Source of the DNA: Cenococcum geophilum
Lineage: Eukaryota
Direction of reading: 5' to 3'
Assembly: GCA_050273025.1 (NCBI GenBank)
Contig: CP158635.1
Coordinates: 17,298,001-17,362,000, forward strand
DNA length: 64,000 nucleotides
Shown here: piece after piece, positions 49,331-62,984 of the stretch
Position numbering within the stretch: position 1 is the stretch's first letter
Layout of the letters: each line of letters opens with the position of its first letter
Position numbers and translations under genes: made by a program
The notes under the pieces: generated by a model
Databases searched by the model: none
What the model saw: the letters and a program-made list of their open reading frames with translations, nothing else
What the model was told of the DNA's origin: nothing

Positions 49331-52205
49331 ATAACCTACTTCTAAAGCTTTCTAGTTTAATATAAAGGCATAGAAGATCTTAAGGATAAGGTTAATAAGA
49401 CCGAATAGCTCCTTACAGATATAGAAATTAAGGACTACTCTCCTAACTAATACTTTACTAAGTATAGTAGGATAGATAGTATATAAACCGTTACTATTCT
49501 TAATAACTAATCTACGCTCTATTCTATTACGAAGTTAGATATCTTTAATAAGCTAAAGAAGAGTTCCGCGTTCTGCTTTAATAATAGATACTTAGCAAAT
49601 ATCTTCTATAGTATTATGCCAGATACTAGAGCTGCAAGAGTATTTATAGTAGGAGAACCTTAAGTTTGAGCTCTTTAGTAGATTAATAGCTCTATTTAGA
49701 TTAACTATTTAACGGCAGGCTAATATACGATTTATTTTAGCAAGGGTACTATAATCTCTTTTAGCACAATTAGGGTCTAACCCCCCTTAGGGTATATTAC
49801 TTTCTACGTTATTTTTATAAATACTCCGTTTCTATTTTATATTAAAAATATAAATAAATTAGGCGTTAATTTTAATAACCTTAAGAATGTACTTATTTAG
49901 GGGGATAACTAGGTGCCTATTATACGTAAGTAAGGTTACCCTTAGTTACTCCTTTATTAACTAGAAAAGAGCGTTACTTAAAGCTACTTAACTAAGTTAG
50001 AGTTACGTTAACTATACTATTATTTTAGCTACCTATCCGTTTACTAATTGCTTAGGGTTCTTTAGTAAGTAGGCTATAAAATTAAAGTTAAGGCAATTAA
50101 GCATCTTATAAAGTACTATTATTACTACTAAATAAACTAAAAGTCCCCTAGCTAATTTAAGTTCACCCTTAAAGATAACTATAACTTTAACTTCTATATT
50201 ATTATTAACGTTATATATCTTAGCGGCAAGCTAGTACTTTAAGTTATTAACTTCTTAACCTCCTTCTAAGCCGCACGTTTTTTTAAAGGATATATTAGCT
50301 AGGAATGTATAAAATACTCTTTAATTATATTAGATTAATATCTACCTAGGACCCCTTAATTAAATTGTCTATAATATAGGAAAGAACTTCTTATCTATAG
50401 AGTTTTAATAATAGATAAAGGTAATGGCAATTAAGGTTAAGGAAGTCCTTATTAAGGCATATAATAGTATTAAAAAAGTAGAGCGATATTATACGCTATT
50501 ACGCCGCGTATATAAGATTATTTTTTTAAAACTAAAGGGCGTTAATAAAAAGCTAATCTTATAAATAGCTGTTAAGGCTATTAACAACTCCGCTAGCCCA
50601 GATAGGCTTATACCTACATTACTAGTCTTTAGCGCCTACCCTTAAATAACTAATAATTCTTTACTATTTCCCTCTATTATATAATAAGCTAAGGCTATTT
50701 ATAAGGTAATAAAGGAGGTATAACGTCTCTATGCTATACGCTAGGTTAATAACGTACTGGGAATAAGAAATGGCCTAAATACCTTAACTATGCTTAAGCT
50801 GCTACTCTAATCTAAGGTACGCGTATAGCGTAAAAAGGGAGAATAATTAAGCCTACATAAGCTAATTGCAATTAATAGTTAAACTTATACTATTTAGATG
50901 CCCTATAGACCTACTTAATTCCATTTAACTATTATTAAGCCTTACTATAAAGATAATAGTTCTAAGCCTTTATAGAATGCCCTAGAAGATATTTTAAAGA
51001 AAAACCGCAATTAATGTGCTTTAGAAGGCGACTATAATTCTAATATAATTATAGTAGATATGCCGTAACTATAACGCAGTAGAGGTCGCCTAAAAGGATT
51101 ATAAAATCGCTAATATCTTATTAATTTTAAAGAGCAATTTGTTGCCGCCATTAAGAATAAAGTTAAGTTATTAATGGCCATTATAACAGCTAAAGAGAAG
51201 GCTAACTTTAAGCTTATAAAATAGCTCTAAAAGGGAGGTTGTATTATAACTTTAGGAGCTCCTTTTTAAGCATCTAATAAGTAGGAAATTAATGGTCTTA
51301 TTATAAGAGCAGTCTTTAAATTTAAGAAGTATAACCCTACTAAATATAATAGAGTTCGCATTTTTAAGTTAAGAATAGTTAATAAGATTAAGGGCAAAGC
51401 TACTAACGCTCTATTTAAGAAATTAAGGCTTATTATCTAAGGCTACAATAATAATAGTAAGGAGGTAATTCTTATATAATCTCCTATAATTTAATAAGCC
51501 AGTTAGTAAGTTATTATTACGCTAGCTCCCTCCTTAATAAAAAATAGAATGGCGGTTTATTTATAAAATATTACCTAGGCCTATACCTAATTAGAGATAT
51601 ACCTTTAGCGCTTAATATTAGTATACCTTTTAGAGTAAATTCGTTACTAATATCCTAAAGATACAATTATAGTTATGCTTAAGCCATTATATAGAATTGC
51701 AGAGGTAGGAACTTATTGGTAGGCTACCTACAGCAAGTACTATAAAGAGAAACTTTTAATAACTATTTCTATATTTAATTTACACTTCCTTATTATAACC
51801 ACGGAAACCCTATTTAGAATTATTGGCATATAAACTAATAATATAATTATTTTAGAAGACGACCAATTCTTAGCTCTTAAAGAAGATAAGCTAGTAAAGG
51901 CAAATCTTATAGTAAAGCTAAAGGAAAAGCTTAATTTAATAATACTATTACTTTTTAATAGATGCATCCTCTCCCTAAATAAGGATTCTATTACTTTACG
52001 CCAAAAGGGTTAAGGTAAGAAGATTAACATTATTAACGTTAATTCTCTAAAGTAAGAATATATAGAGTAACACGCTTACAAAGTATATATTACTTCTATC
52101 TATTAACCTAAGGCTTCCTTTAATCTCTCTATTGCCGCTTAACACTAGGAACCAACTAAGAATAATATTCTTGCCCTAAATAAGCGTCTTTCCTAGTAAA
52201 TAAAC

Positions 52206-52450
52206 TGTAAGCTTTGCAGTGTGAGGAATTGCATAAACGACTTGATTGTAAATATAGCTCTAAAGCCTCTATATATACACGAAGAATGTGGAGGTAATAA
52301 GACATAATAGGGTAATAGGTAACTAAAATAGGAACAATAATCTGCAAGCAATATTAATCTACAATCAATATATAGGGTGGTGTTAACGCTGTCTTAGAGC
52401 CTTCCAAGCGGTGATCTTATATCTCAGTACAGTGTTGGTAGTTGGTTATA
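52206..52450. mobile_element. Solo LTR (245 bp) of a family not otherwise seen in the window
   Basis: TGTAAG...TTATA ends. TSD TAAAC at 52201-52205 and 52451-52455. Absent from copia 1. Confidence 0.85.
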
Positions 52451-52997
52451 TAAACCATCTTAACTGGGGACTACTCTACGTGCCTATTAATCTTCCTACC
52501 GCTAAGCTATTTGTATTTGTTAATAGATTATTTATAAATAATAAAGATTTTAGCTTCTAATTAGGATATAAGATTATTATCGCGAATAAATCTACTAGAA
52601 AGAATAACTTTATAATTTATAGTAATTTTATCTATTAAAGCTTAACTAAGAGTAAGCGCGTTACTTAAAGCGTTTTAGCGTTAGAGATATATAGAATAGT
52701 TAGCAGAGTTAATATAGTAATTGCAATTAGAACTACCTTAAAGATAATTATAGATTAACTTAAACTTCCTATTATCCCTATAATCGTGCGCACCGACTTA
52801 TACTCCCTCTATAAGTGTTTAGTTAAGCTTAATACTATAAAGGAGAAGCGCTTTATAATTAATATTATGGCACTTTAACAATCCTATAAACGGCAAAAAC
52901 TCTTTAAGATTTAATAAATTAATAGCTAAGACAACCTAGTAGATATAATAATAAAGGTAAACCTAAATAAGGCTTTAGAGATATTTATTAATATAAG

Positions 52998-55429
52998 TGT
53001 AAGGCAGTATTGCTAGGGTATATAGTAGGGAGCAGGTAAGCCGAGCATAAGTCACATAGGGAGTCGATAAAAGAGGACAATATGGTAAAGAGTAGGCAAT
53101 AGCCTTATACGGAGACGAACCGATGAGGAGGGAAGGGCTATAAGCCTGAGGTGCTTATAAGGAGGTGCCAAGGGCTAGCCGAAGGCTAGCCTTGGCGACC
53201 CCTAAGAGCCCCTAGGCGATACAGCCGAGTAAGGGCCAAAATAACCCTTACATTGCCCCCCACTTGGTTAGGGCTGGCCCCCAGCCCGTATCCCAATAGA
53301 TTGATTCTATATATAGAAAGGTAAGCAGTGCAGAAGCCTTGCTTGTACAGGGGAATAAAGAAATGGGGAAAAGGACCAGCCAAGCAGCCTTAATAAAAAC
53401 CTTAACCTATAGCCAAAACCCAGTGGGAAAAAGGGCCTATTTTAGGTAGGAAAAGAGCGTCTGCTAGTGGGTAAGACTTAATCGTATACGATCAGTCTTG
53501 GAGACAATCGCCTGCAATTAAGTCTTGACAGCTCTATGGCTGACAGCCAGATAGTCTCCACTTAGAGCCGGCTTAATCACAAGAATATCCCTTACTTTCC
53601 CCCCCCTTCTTGCGGTCAGCCCCCTCCATTACCTTACGGTAGCGGGAGATTATAGAGGGCTCGTCCCGGAAGGGGTTCGGAGAGATATCGGGTCTTATAA
53701 GCCTTTGAAGCAAGCTGGAGCTCTTGGAGCGACCAAAGCCTTGCTAAGAGATCGCGTACGATCTTTGTAAGACGTAGCTCTTTTAGAGACTTTAAACTGA
53801 CGTCTTAATTGCCTTCCCCCGGCCGCGTAATCAGTTTTTGTAAGGAAGTGATAGCTAAATAGCTATACGCGTGTTTCCTTCCTTCTGAATTACACTGTTA
53901 TTACGGAGTAATATTGGCAATAAGAGATCACGTAGGATCTAAGAGCTGCTGCCATTCTCTTGGGCAAGCTGTAGCTCTTGATGCAAGCTGGAGCTCTTGG
54001 AGCGACCAAAGCCTTACAGAGAGATGATCGCGTACGATCTTTGAGCCGTAGCTCTTGAAGCAAGCAGTAGCTTGTGAGACCACCTACGATCTCGATAAGC
54101 CGTAGCTCTTGGACGAGCCGTAGCTCTTGAAGCTGTAGCTATAGCTTAAGGATGGCATTTAACCGCAATAGGATCTCATAAGCTGAGCTTGTAACTTCAG
54201 AGACAATCGCGTACGATTAAGTCTCGGCAGCCCCATAGCTGACAGCCGGAAACTTTCCGGGTTGGGCCGTAGCCCTTGAGCGATCGCGAACGATCTAAGA
54301 GCCGTAGCTCTTGAGGCAAGCAGTAGCTTGCGAGACCACCTACGATCTCGATGAGCCGTAGCTCTTGAAGCAAGCAGTAGCTTGTGAGATCACATAGGAT
54401 CTCTGAGCCGAAGCTCTTGAGGTAAGCCGTAGCTTAATGAGACAACCGCCTGCGATTTAGTCTCGGCAGCCCTTTGGCTGATTGGGCAGTAGCCCTTAAT
54501 TGCATTTGATCTGGAAGCGCATAGTAGTAGCTATAGCTTTAAAAACTAGCCGTTAGTTCTTCGGATGGCCATTAAATAGCAATCGGATAGCCTCCAGGGT
54601 AGCTGCATCTCTTTAAGGACGTTCAACCTTCTAATCTCTGTTGGTGGGACCTCTATAGCAAGTGAACCGCGGTTAGCTATAGAGTGTTTACAAGCTTAAT
54701 CGCGTAGGATCCCCCTTAACTCCTACTAGAAAGCTTTCGGATAGCAATTAAATCGCCTTTAGGTCGCCGTCGGGGCAGAGTTGCACCGCTGCACTGTCAA
54801 TCATATGCGGGTATACTAATCGCGTCAAAAGATGATCGTGTACGATCCGGATAGCCCCAACCCTTAGCCAGGTAGCTACCGTCTCCCTTATCTCCTAATC
54901 CGTGTCTACCACCGTAAGCGGATGCGATCTGCTAGCGTCTGCTAGTGTAGCTGCTCTATAGCATACGCGATCGTCCTAGGTAAAGGTAGAGGACCTGATC
55001 TGTATTCCAACACCGTTATACGGATGCGATCTGCCAGGCGTCTGCTAGTGTACCTGCTGTATCGCAGTGAACGCGATCGTCCTAGGTAAAAATGGAGGAT
55101 CGTGATTTTGCTCAAGGGCGCAGCCCTCAGCTTGCTGCAGGCTACCACCCGTAAGGGTGTAGGATCGGTTCGAATGTAAGGCAGTATTGCTAGGGTGTAC
55201 GGTAGGGAGTAGGCAAGCCGAGCATGAGTCACATAGGGAGTCGATGGAAGAGGACGATATGGTAAAGAGTAGGCAATAGCCTCGTACGGAGACGAACCGA
55301 TGAGGAGGGAAGGGCTGCAAGCCTGAGGTGCTTATAAGGAGGTGCTAAGGGCTAGCCGAAGGCTAGCCTTGGCGACCCCTAAGAGCCCCTAGGCGATGCA
55401 GCCAAGTAAGGGCCAAAATAACCCTTATA
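52998..55429 (-). mobile_element. Non-autonomous LTR element (2432 bp) with a palindromic repeat array and gypsy-A-derived segments
   Basis: 255-bp LTRs at 52998-53252 and 55175-55429. TSD ATAAG at 52993-52997 and 55430-55434. PPT GGGGGGCAA. No retroelement ORF. Confidence 0.93.
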
Positions 55430-55513
55430 ATAAGTTAAAGGTTAGGTTAAAAGGGAGTAGGAGTAAGACTTATATTATAATAGTAATAGTTAATAGGCAC
55501 GTACTATACGCTA

Positions 55514-58500
55514 TATTAGGGCTTAGCAGAATCTAGTAAAATTTTATAGCTTAGTAGAAGTTAGTAGATATCACGGAATAAGCATAAGCAGTGATAATAT
55601 ATAGCGAAGTAGGTATTATTAAGCTATATATATAAACTGCGTGATAAAGTTAAGACGTTGCGTAAGGAAAGAAGGTAGGGAAACGGGAAGAAAGGGCATA
55701 TATTGTTGACTTAGTTGCTTAGTTAACACGTGCATGGGTAGAATAGGGTTTAGGTTGTGGTCCTGGCAGAACTTAGTAGAATTTAGTAGAACTTGGCAGA
55801 ATATAGCAGAATGCCGTAGATTGCCGTTAGATTGCCATTAAATTGCCGTCAAATTGCCATTTTACGGTTAGTCTTTAATTGCTAAGTCGGTAGAAACAGG
55901 TGGACGTGTGTAAGGTATTACGGGGGTGTCCCATAATAGTACCCCCCCTTTAAACTTAAGCTTCTGCGAAATGGGGCTATAGTAGTTCTAGGTGGAGTTT
56001 ATAAAAGTCTTCTGCAGCTTATATAAGTCCTATAGAGTTAACGGGTTCCTATAAGGACTTAGTAAAGCCTTTCCATTTCGTAAGATATATATATTGGCGT
56101 TTCCGTTTATCGTACTTAATATTATTAATTCTTTTAATAAAGTACTCGTTCTTACTATTTACTTTAACTAGTAGGGGAGGGTCTTATATCTGTCTAGGCA
56201 GGGCGTCTAATATAGGGGTAGTAGGGCAGAGGACTGACGTATAGAATATAGGGTAGATTTTAACCGTATTAGGGAGCTTTAATTGGTAGGCATAAGGAGA
56301 GATAACCTTTTTAACCTTATAAGGGCCAGCGTTCTTCTAATTAAGTTTCTTAGTAAGTTGTTTTATATTTAGATTTCTTATATCTAGCCAGACGAAATTA
56401 CTAATTTAGTAGGCCGGTACTAGGGTTCGTTTCTTATTCGCTGCGGCTTTATAGATAGATTAAGCCCATATTATCTTATTGGTAAGAAACTGTTATAGTT
56501 CCTCCATCTTCTCTATAAATTTATTTGCTTCTATGACTTATAAGGCGTAATAAGTGGGGTAAGGAATATTACTAAAGGGTTTAAAACCCATTTATGGGTG
56601 CTAGCCGTAATTGGCTAGGAATAGGGAGACTTTTGTGGTTTCTGAGACGGAGTTATTTATAGTAAACTTGGCGAATGCGAGCTAGTTAATCTAGTTATCC
56701 TGTAAATATAACGTGTATATCCGAATATACTGTTCCATTATAGCATTTATACGTTCTGTTTAGCTATCCGTTTCTAGGTAATACGCGGTAAATAATAGTG
56801 CTTTAATGCGGAGTTAAGTAGTTAGTTCTTTCTAGAATGCCGAGATAAACTAGCTGCCTTTATTGGAGATAATCGTTTTAGGGAGTCTGTAGAGTTTCTA
56901 TATATAATCTAGAAATAGTTAGGCAACGGTAGGCGTTAATATATTAGGGCAGGCGATTAAGTATCTTATTTTAGATAGTTGGTCTATAACTACTATAATA
57001 TTCGTGCAACCTCTACTCTTAGGAAGGTCAATAACAAAGTTAATTAAGATATCCCTCCATCTTCGGTCCGGAATAGGTAGCGGCTTTAAAAGACCGTTAT
57101 ACGTCTTATGCGAGGCTTTAGCTTATTAGTAGGTGTGGCAGCTAGAGATATACCTTTATATTATATTATATATATTCGGCTAATAATACTTTTATTAGAG
57201 TAGTTCTAGGGTCTTTTCTTGGCCTGGGTGGCCGGCGATAGGTAGATTGTATACGTATTTAAGGAGTTTAAGCTTAAGCTTATTATAATTAGGGATAACT
57301 AGACGGTTCTAGTAATATAAGCGGTTTCCGTAGGCTTCGCATTTACTTAGAGAAATCTTTTTAAAGCGTCTAATACTATCTTATATTAGCTTAAGCGTCT
57401 CTTAGATAAACTTATTATTTAGATATTCGTTAACTATAATCTATTCAATTAATTAATTAGTTATTTTAAGGACGTGTACCGTAAGATCTTTAGTAGGAGG
57501 GTTAAATAGTTTAGGGCGAAGTAGGGTCTAATTTTAGTAAGAGCGCGCTTCTTCTAAGGCTAGCGCGTCTTATAAGCATCGGGTTAGAGCATTAGGCTTC
57601 TAGCCTTAGACGCCTAGGTGGTATATAATTAAGAATTGGAAACAAGATAGATATTCTAACTAGTGGGCCTAATAATAACTTAGCTGTTTTATAGTTGTAA
57701 AGTACTATAGGTTCTTGTAGTTGCTAAGGACCTTAATTAGAAATCCAGCGCCTTCTAGTTTAGGTCGCCATTATTTAAAACATCTAATAATAGCTAACAA
57801 TTCCTTATTATAGATCTCGTAGTTACATTTAGCTGGGCTTAGTTGTTTTAAGAAGTATACTACGGGGTATAATACTCTATCCTCGTTATATTGAGACAGG
57901 ATGCCTCTAGTGACGTAGTTAGATAAATTGGCTTCTATAACACTTATTTGGTTTAGGTTAAAGTATTAGAGTACGGGCGCAGTAGTAAATATAACCTTTA
58001 GATAGGCAAAGGCCTTCTTATATTCCTTATTAAAGATAAAGACTTTATCCTTTTGGGTTAGAGCTATAAGGGGTAAAACCAGGGCGGAGAAGTTATTAAT
58101 AAACCGTTGGTAGAAATTAGCAAATCCTATAAAGGCTCTTACGTCCTTAACGTTCTTAGGTTTTTGCCAGTTTACGATTGCTTTGACTTTCTTTGGGTCT
58201 ATTTATATACCGTTTATAGAAATAAGGAGTTTAAGGTATAGGACTTCCGTTTTATAGAACTTGTATTTATCTACATCTAATTATAGACTAGCTCCGTGTA
58301 GGGCTTATAGAATAAGGTTAACATATTTCCGATATTCGGTTAGGTTATTACTGTATATTAAGATATCGTTAATATAAGTAGTATAGAAGATGTCCAGGTA
58401 GGGGCGTAGGGTGTTGTTTACATAATATTAAAACGAGCTTGGAGCGTTTGCGAGGCCAAATAGCGTCACTAAGTATTTAAATAGTCTATACTAAGTACAA

Positions 58501-61500
58501 AATGCAGTAAGCCATTTATCTCCTTTTGCTATACGGAGGCGGTTAAATGCAGAGATAATATTAAGCTTTGTATAGTAGCGAGCCTTACTTAGTTAGTTTA
58601 GTGTCTCCTATATTAACGGGATCGGATATTAGTTCTTAATGGTGACGGCGTTAAGAGCTTAGTAGTCTACACAGAAGCGTAGACCGCCGCCGGGTTTCTT
58701 AACAAAGATTACTAGTGCGGCTATAGGCGATAAGCTTGCTTTAATAAATCCTTTACTTAGGTTCTTATCTAAATACTTTTATAGTACTTAGAGTTCGTTT
58801 TAGGACATCCCGTATAAGGGTTTAAATCTAGGCTGCTTTCCTTCTTTAAGTACAATCTTATAGTCGTACGATTGGTATTCTGGTAGCTTGTCGGCTTCCT
58901 TCCGTAAGAATACCTCTAGGCGGTTATAGTACTCTACTAGTACCTTTATAGCAGGGTCGGTGTGCTTCTTCGGTGCTAAGGCCTTCTTAATATCAGCTAT
59001 AGTGATAGTAAAGATTGTATATTCGGGTTTCTTAGCAAGTTGCGCTAGCGGGGTAGCTCTAATTATGCGGATATCTAGGGTGCCAAGCTCGCTTGGATTA
59101 TCCATAGTTTCTTATTTAGGTTTAGGTTCGGTATTAGGTATAGAGTTAATATTAGATTCGGGTTCGGGTTCTTTAAGAATCCTTTTTATAGTGGAATACC
59201 AGTCCTTTTAGTATTTTTGTGTATAGAGCTTAAGCTTTTGCTTAGCTTAGGGCGGTGCAGTACTTGGGGCCAATTTGTGGAGTTTAGTAGAATTCCTAGG
59301 TTAGTAGAATCTGGTGGATTCCTTGGGCATAGGGTGGACATTAGTGGAAATCTTAGGCTGGTAGATCTTAGCGGATTTCCTAGATTTTAGTTTGGGGTTA
59401 AGGCGGTGCGTTATATAACACTTCTGCTTATAATGGGAGGCGGTAAATAGAAGCTTAAGGTTGTTTTAATTAATGGTTACCTTATATAGCTTTATCTAGG
59501 GTTATTTAAGGATTACTGGGTAACCTAGGGTAGTAACGAAAAGCTTAATTAGTTCTTTGTGGTTTAGGTATTGGAGTCTTAGGGCTACTACGTAGGTAAT
59601 ATAGCCTAAGATGGTGCGTTTACTATTAAATCCAAATACGTTAATATGCCGGTTAAGGGGGGTTAAGGTAAAACTATTATCTTGCGTAAAGATCCTATTA
59701 ATAAATCCTATGCCGCTAGCTTCTGTATTAATTAAGATTTAAGCGTTAACCTTTTAACTATTCTGCTAAAGGCGGCAGTTAATAGTTATGCTATGGTCCT
59801 AAGAGTCAGAGTTTATAACATTAAATATATTTAACGAGATCCTATAGCAGAGCCGTCCTAGAGAGCGACTTAGCTCCAGGACCTTTTTTTTAGAGGTAAT
59901 TAGGGCGGGGTTCTTATAGGACGTTAGTTGGAGCTTTGTCCTTATAAGTGGTGCTTACTAAATATAGGGCTGGAACCAGATGAAGATTAGGGATAGTAAT
60001 TAGAAGATCGATATGGTAAACGGCTGCCAGTGCTGGCCGTTTATAAATCGTTTTAGGGTATAGGGACGGAGCAGTAGTTTAAGAGGTGGGAGCCGCTTCT
60101 ATATTTAAAGTAGAGGCCTAGCTTAATGTGTTGTTCTTATTTAGAGGACCCTAATAGGGCGTATCCTAGGTTCCTAGTGTTAATATCCATAGTATTGAGG
60201 TGCTTAGGTTAAGACGATAACTTAGTAGGCGTTTATAGGGTTGTTATATTATACTAATAAACGGGCTTTAGTATAAGGCGTAGTATATTATTATACTATT
60301 TATTAATAATATTTATGTAAGTGTTAAGAGTTTCCGGGAGGTCTACGCCTATTAGGGAGGTTTTTAGTTTAGGGCTTAGGGATTTAATGAGGCTGTTAAT
60401 TAGTACGGAGTTATTCTAGCCTGTTTCCTTTGCGTAGCGGTTAAATTCAAAGAAGTATACTAGGAAACTTTTCTTTTCTTAAGTTATTTGGTTTATCTTT
60501 CTTTAAGCGGTAGCTTAGCAGTTCGGGTTACCGTATATAGCTTTAAGAAGTGTAACTAGGCTTTATACTAAGTTTAGTTAAAAAGGTTTAATAAGGTTAG
60601 CTGCGTCTCCTTTTAATTAACTTAGGGCGTAATAGAGTTAGTTAGCTTTGGTTGGGTAGCGGTTAACATTACCGGTTAGCTTATTCTTAAGCCGGCTTAA
60701 AAATAACTAAAGCTCTTATTATTTACTAATAAATACTAGGGGGTTTAGTAGTTTCTTGGATTGTTTTAGTGCGGTAGTTGGCTCTATAGGGTAAGTAACT
60801 ACTACTAATTTAGGGCTTGCGTTCCGCGTGTTCATCTCCAGAGATAGCGTTTGGTCTTAAGGCCTTAATATAGGCATCTTAAGGATGCGGACTTCTTCTT
60901 AAAGTGCTTTAATTAATTATTATTATTATGCTTTTTATTCGGCTTGCTATTAAGTTAAAGTGGCTTAGTGCTATGTAAGGGCGTCCGTAAAGGACTTCTG
61001 TATACCTACTAATTGTTCTTAAAGTGCGGCTATAATAGCATTAGCCGTTACGGGGGCTTTAGGGTTATTCTGCATTTTTAAAGGGTAGTGTAAGTTTTTA
61101 ACGTAATATAGTGTCACGGAGTGAGTATAAGCGGTAATAATATATAGCGAAGTAGGTATTATTAAGCTATATATATAAACTGCGTAATAAAGTTAAGACG
61201 TTATATAAGGAAAGAAGGTAGGGAAACGGGAAGAAAGGGTATATATTGTTAACTTAGTTGCTTAGTTAATACGTACATAGGCAGAATAGGGTTTAGGTCG
61301 TAGTCCTAGCAGAACTTAGCAGAATTTAGTAGAACTTGGCAGAATATAGCAGAATGCCGTAGATTGCCGTTAGATTGCCATCAGATTGCCGTTAGATTAC
61401 TATTTCGCGGTTGGTCTTTAATTGCTAAGTTGGTAGAAATAGGTGGACGTGTGTAAGGTGTTATAGGGGTGTCCCATAACAGTAGAACTCTATAGCTTAA

Positions 61501-61761
61501 TAAAATTTAGCAGATTTCTATAGCTTAGTAGAATTTAGTAGAATTTTATAGCTTAGTAGAAGTTAGTAAAACTCTATAGCTTAGTAGAAGTTAGTAAAAC
61601 TCTATAGCTTAATAGAATTTAGCAGATTTCCATAGCTTAGTAAAATTTGGTAGAATTTTATAGCGTAGTAAAATATAGTAAATTACGGCAAATTGCGGTC
61701 TTATAACTGGGCTTAATTAGTAGGCATATATAAGGTATTACGGGGTAGTCCTATAATACTA
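55514..61761 (-). mobile_element. Older solo-LTR-like insert rich in GCAGAA repeats, split by gypsy B (55514-55568 and 61487-61761)
   Basis: Candidate TSD CGCTA at 55509-55513 and 61762-61766. The right end resembles the family B LTR end. Confidence 0.55.
55569..61481 (-). mobile_element. Complete Ty3/gypsy chromovirus, family B, RIP-inactivated
   Basis: 370-bp LTRs at 55569-55938 and 61112-61481. TSD GTAGA. PPT AAGGGGGGGTAC. RT F(C)T.YI(D)DILIYS at ~58350-58390. Chromodomain NEYFI..I......Y.YL.KWKGF....(W)EP at ~56040-56150. Confidence 0.96.
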
Positions 61762-61844
61762 CGCTAGTTAAGCGGTATTTATATATATATAGCAACTATA
61801 AAAGAAGAGTTACTAGTGTTAGGAGTAAGATAAGTAGTCGTTAT

Positions 61845-62213
61845 TATTACGGGACACCCCTATAACACCTTATATACATCTACCTGTTTTTACTAACTTA
61901 GTAACTAAAGACTAACTATAAGATAGCAATCTAACAGCAATCTAACGGCAACTTACTACATTTTGCTATATTCCACTAAGTTTTACTAAGTTCTACTAAA
62001 TCCCACTAAGTCCTACTAGGACTACTACTTAAATCCTATTCTGCTCCGTATATATATTAACTAAGTAACTAAGTCTATAATATATACCTTTTCTTCCCAT
62101 TTTCTTACCTTTTTTCCTTATGTAACGTCTTAACCTCCTTATACGGTTTATATATATAGCTTAATAATATCTACCTTGCTATATATTATTGTCGCTTATA
62201 CTTACTTCGTATA
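61845..62213 (+). mobile_element. Isolated family B LTR in the opposite orientation
   Basis: Reverse complement of 61112-61481. It interrupts the copia 2 3' LTR, which does not resume afterwards. Confidence 0.85.
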
Positions 62214-62539
62214 TCGGTAAAATATAGTACCCTTTCAATGGCCTTAATGGTTGGTGGTTGACGCAATTGGCGCGCAGTTAAGGGCATTTAGCAACTCGAC
62301 CGACTAGCCTATATCGTGTTTTTTTGACACGCAGCCTGCGCGTAGCCTGCGTGTAACCTGCGCGCAACCTACGCATAACCTACTAGTAATCTGCGCATTT
62401 GGCAACCATAATTATATTTACCTCTTTTATACTAATAATATATTTTAAATAAATAAAAGCTATTTTAAAGCTATTTATAAGGCTAGCAAAATAAATATTA
62501 TTATTTTAGATAATTTAATATAATATAGCGATGGTTCTC

Positions 62540-62940
62540 TTCTACCTATTTACCTATTGACTTACCTACCTACCTACATCGCCTACCTATTTATATCGCC
62601 TACCTATCTACATCTACCTATCTACATTTGCCTACCTATCTATATCTACCTACCTATCTATATTTACCTACCCGTTAGCATTTATTTACCTATCTATATC
62701 TACTTACCTATCTGCATCTACCTACCTATTTATATCTACTTATCTATATCTACCTACCTATCTATATCTGCCTACCCGTTAGTATCTACCTACCTATCTA
62801 TATCTGCTTGCCTATCTATATCTACTTACCTATCTATATCTACCTGCCTATCTATATCTGCTTACCTATCTATATTTACCTACCTATCTACATCTACCTA
62901 CCCGTTAGCATCTACCTGTTTATGCCTACCTGTCTATGCT
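62540..62940. repeat. Degenerate (CTAC/CTAT)n microsatellite-like tract
   Basis: Directly visible. Confidence 0.9.
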
Positions 62941-62984
62941 ACCTTAATTCGATCGATTGATCGAATCGTTTATAATGTTGGCTG

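Larger units (their letters stand above)
46801..61844 (+). mobile_element. Ty1/copia copy 2 with at least six nested insertions; 3' LTR truncated
   Basis: 5' LTR at 46801-46968. KCY.(C)GK.NC(W)STRH at ~48922-48966 and IG(MQ)T(DD) at ~51822-51845. PPT AAAAGAAGAG and start of the 3' LTR at 61817-61844. Confidence 0.92.

Noticed and set aside
52998..53252. Retrozyme (hammerhead ribozyme in the LTR)
   Set aside because: I found no CTGANGA...GAAA core by eye on either strand. An Infernal search would settle it.
53480..54500. Bona fide CRISPR array
   Set aside because: The context is eukaryotic TE DNA, the repeats are degenerate and irregularly spaced, and there are no cas genes. The resemblance is kept only as an architectural analogy.
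62214..62420. Tc1/pogo-like left end (TA|TAGTACCC, possibly CAGT before RIP)
   Set aside because: There is no matching TIR or transposase in the window.
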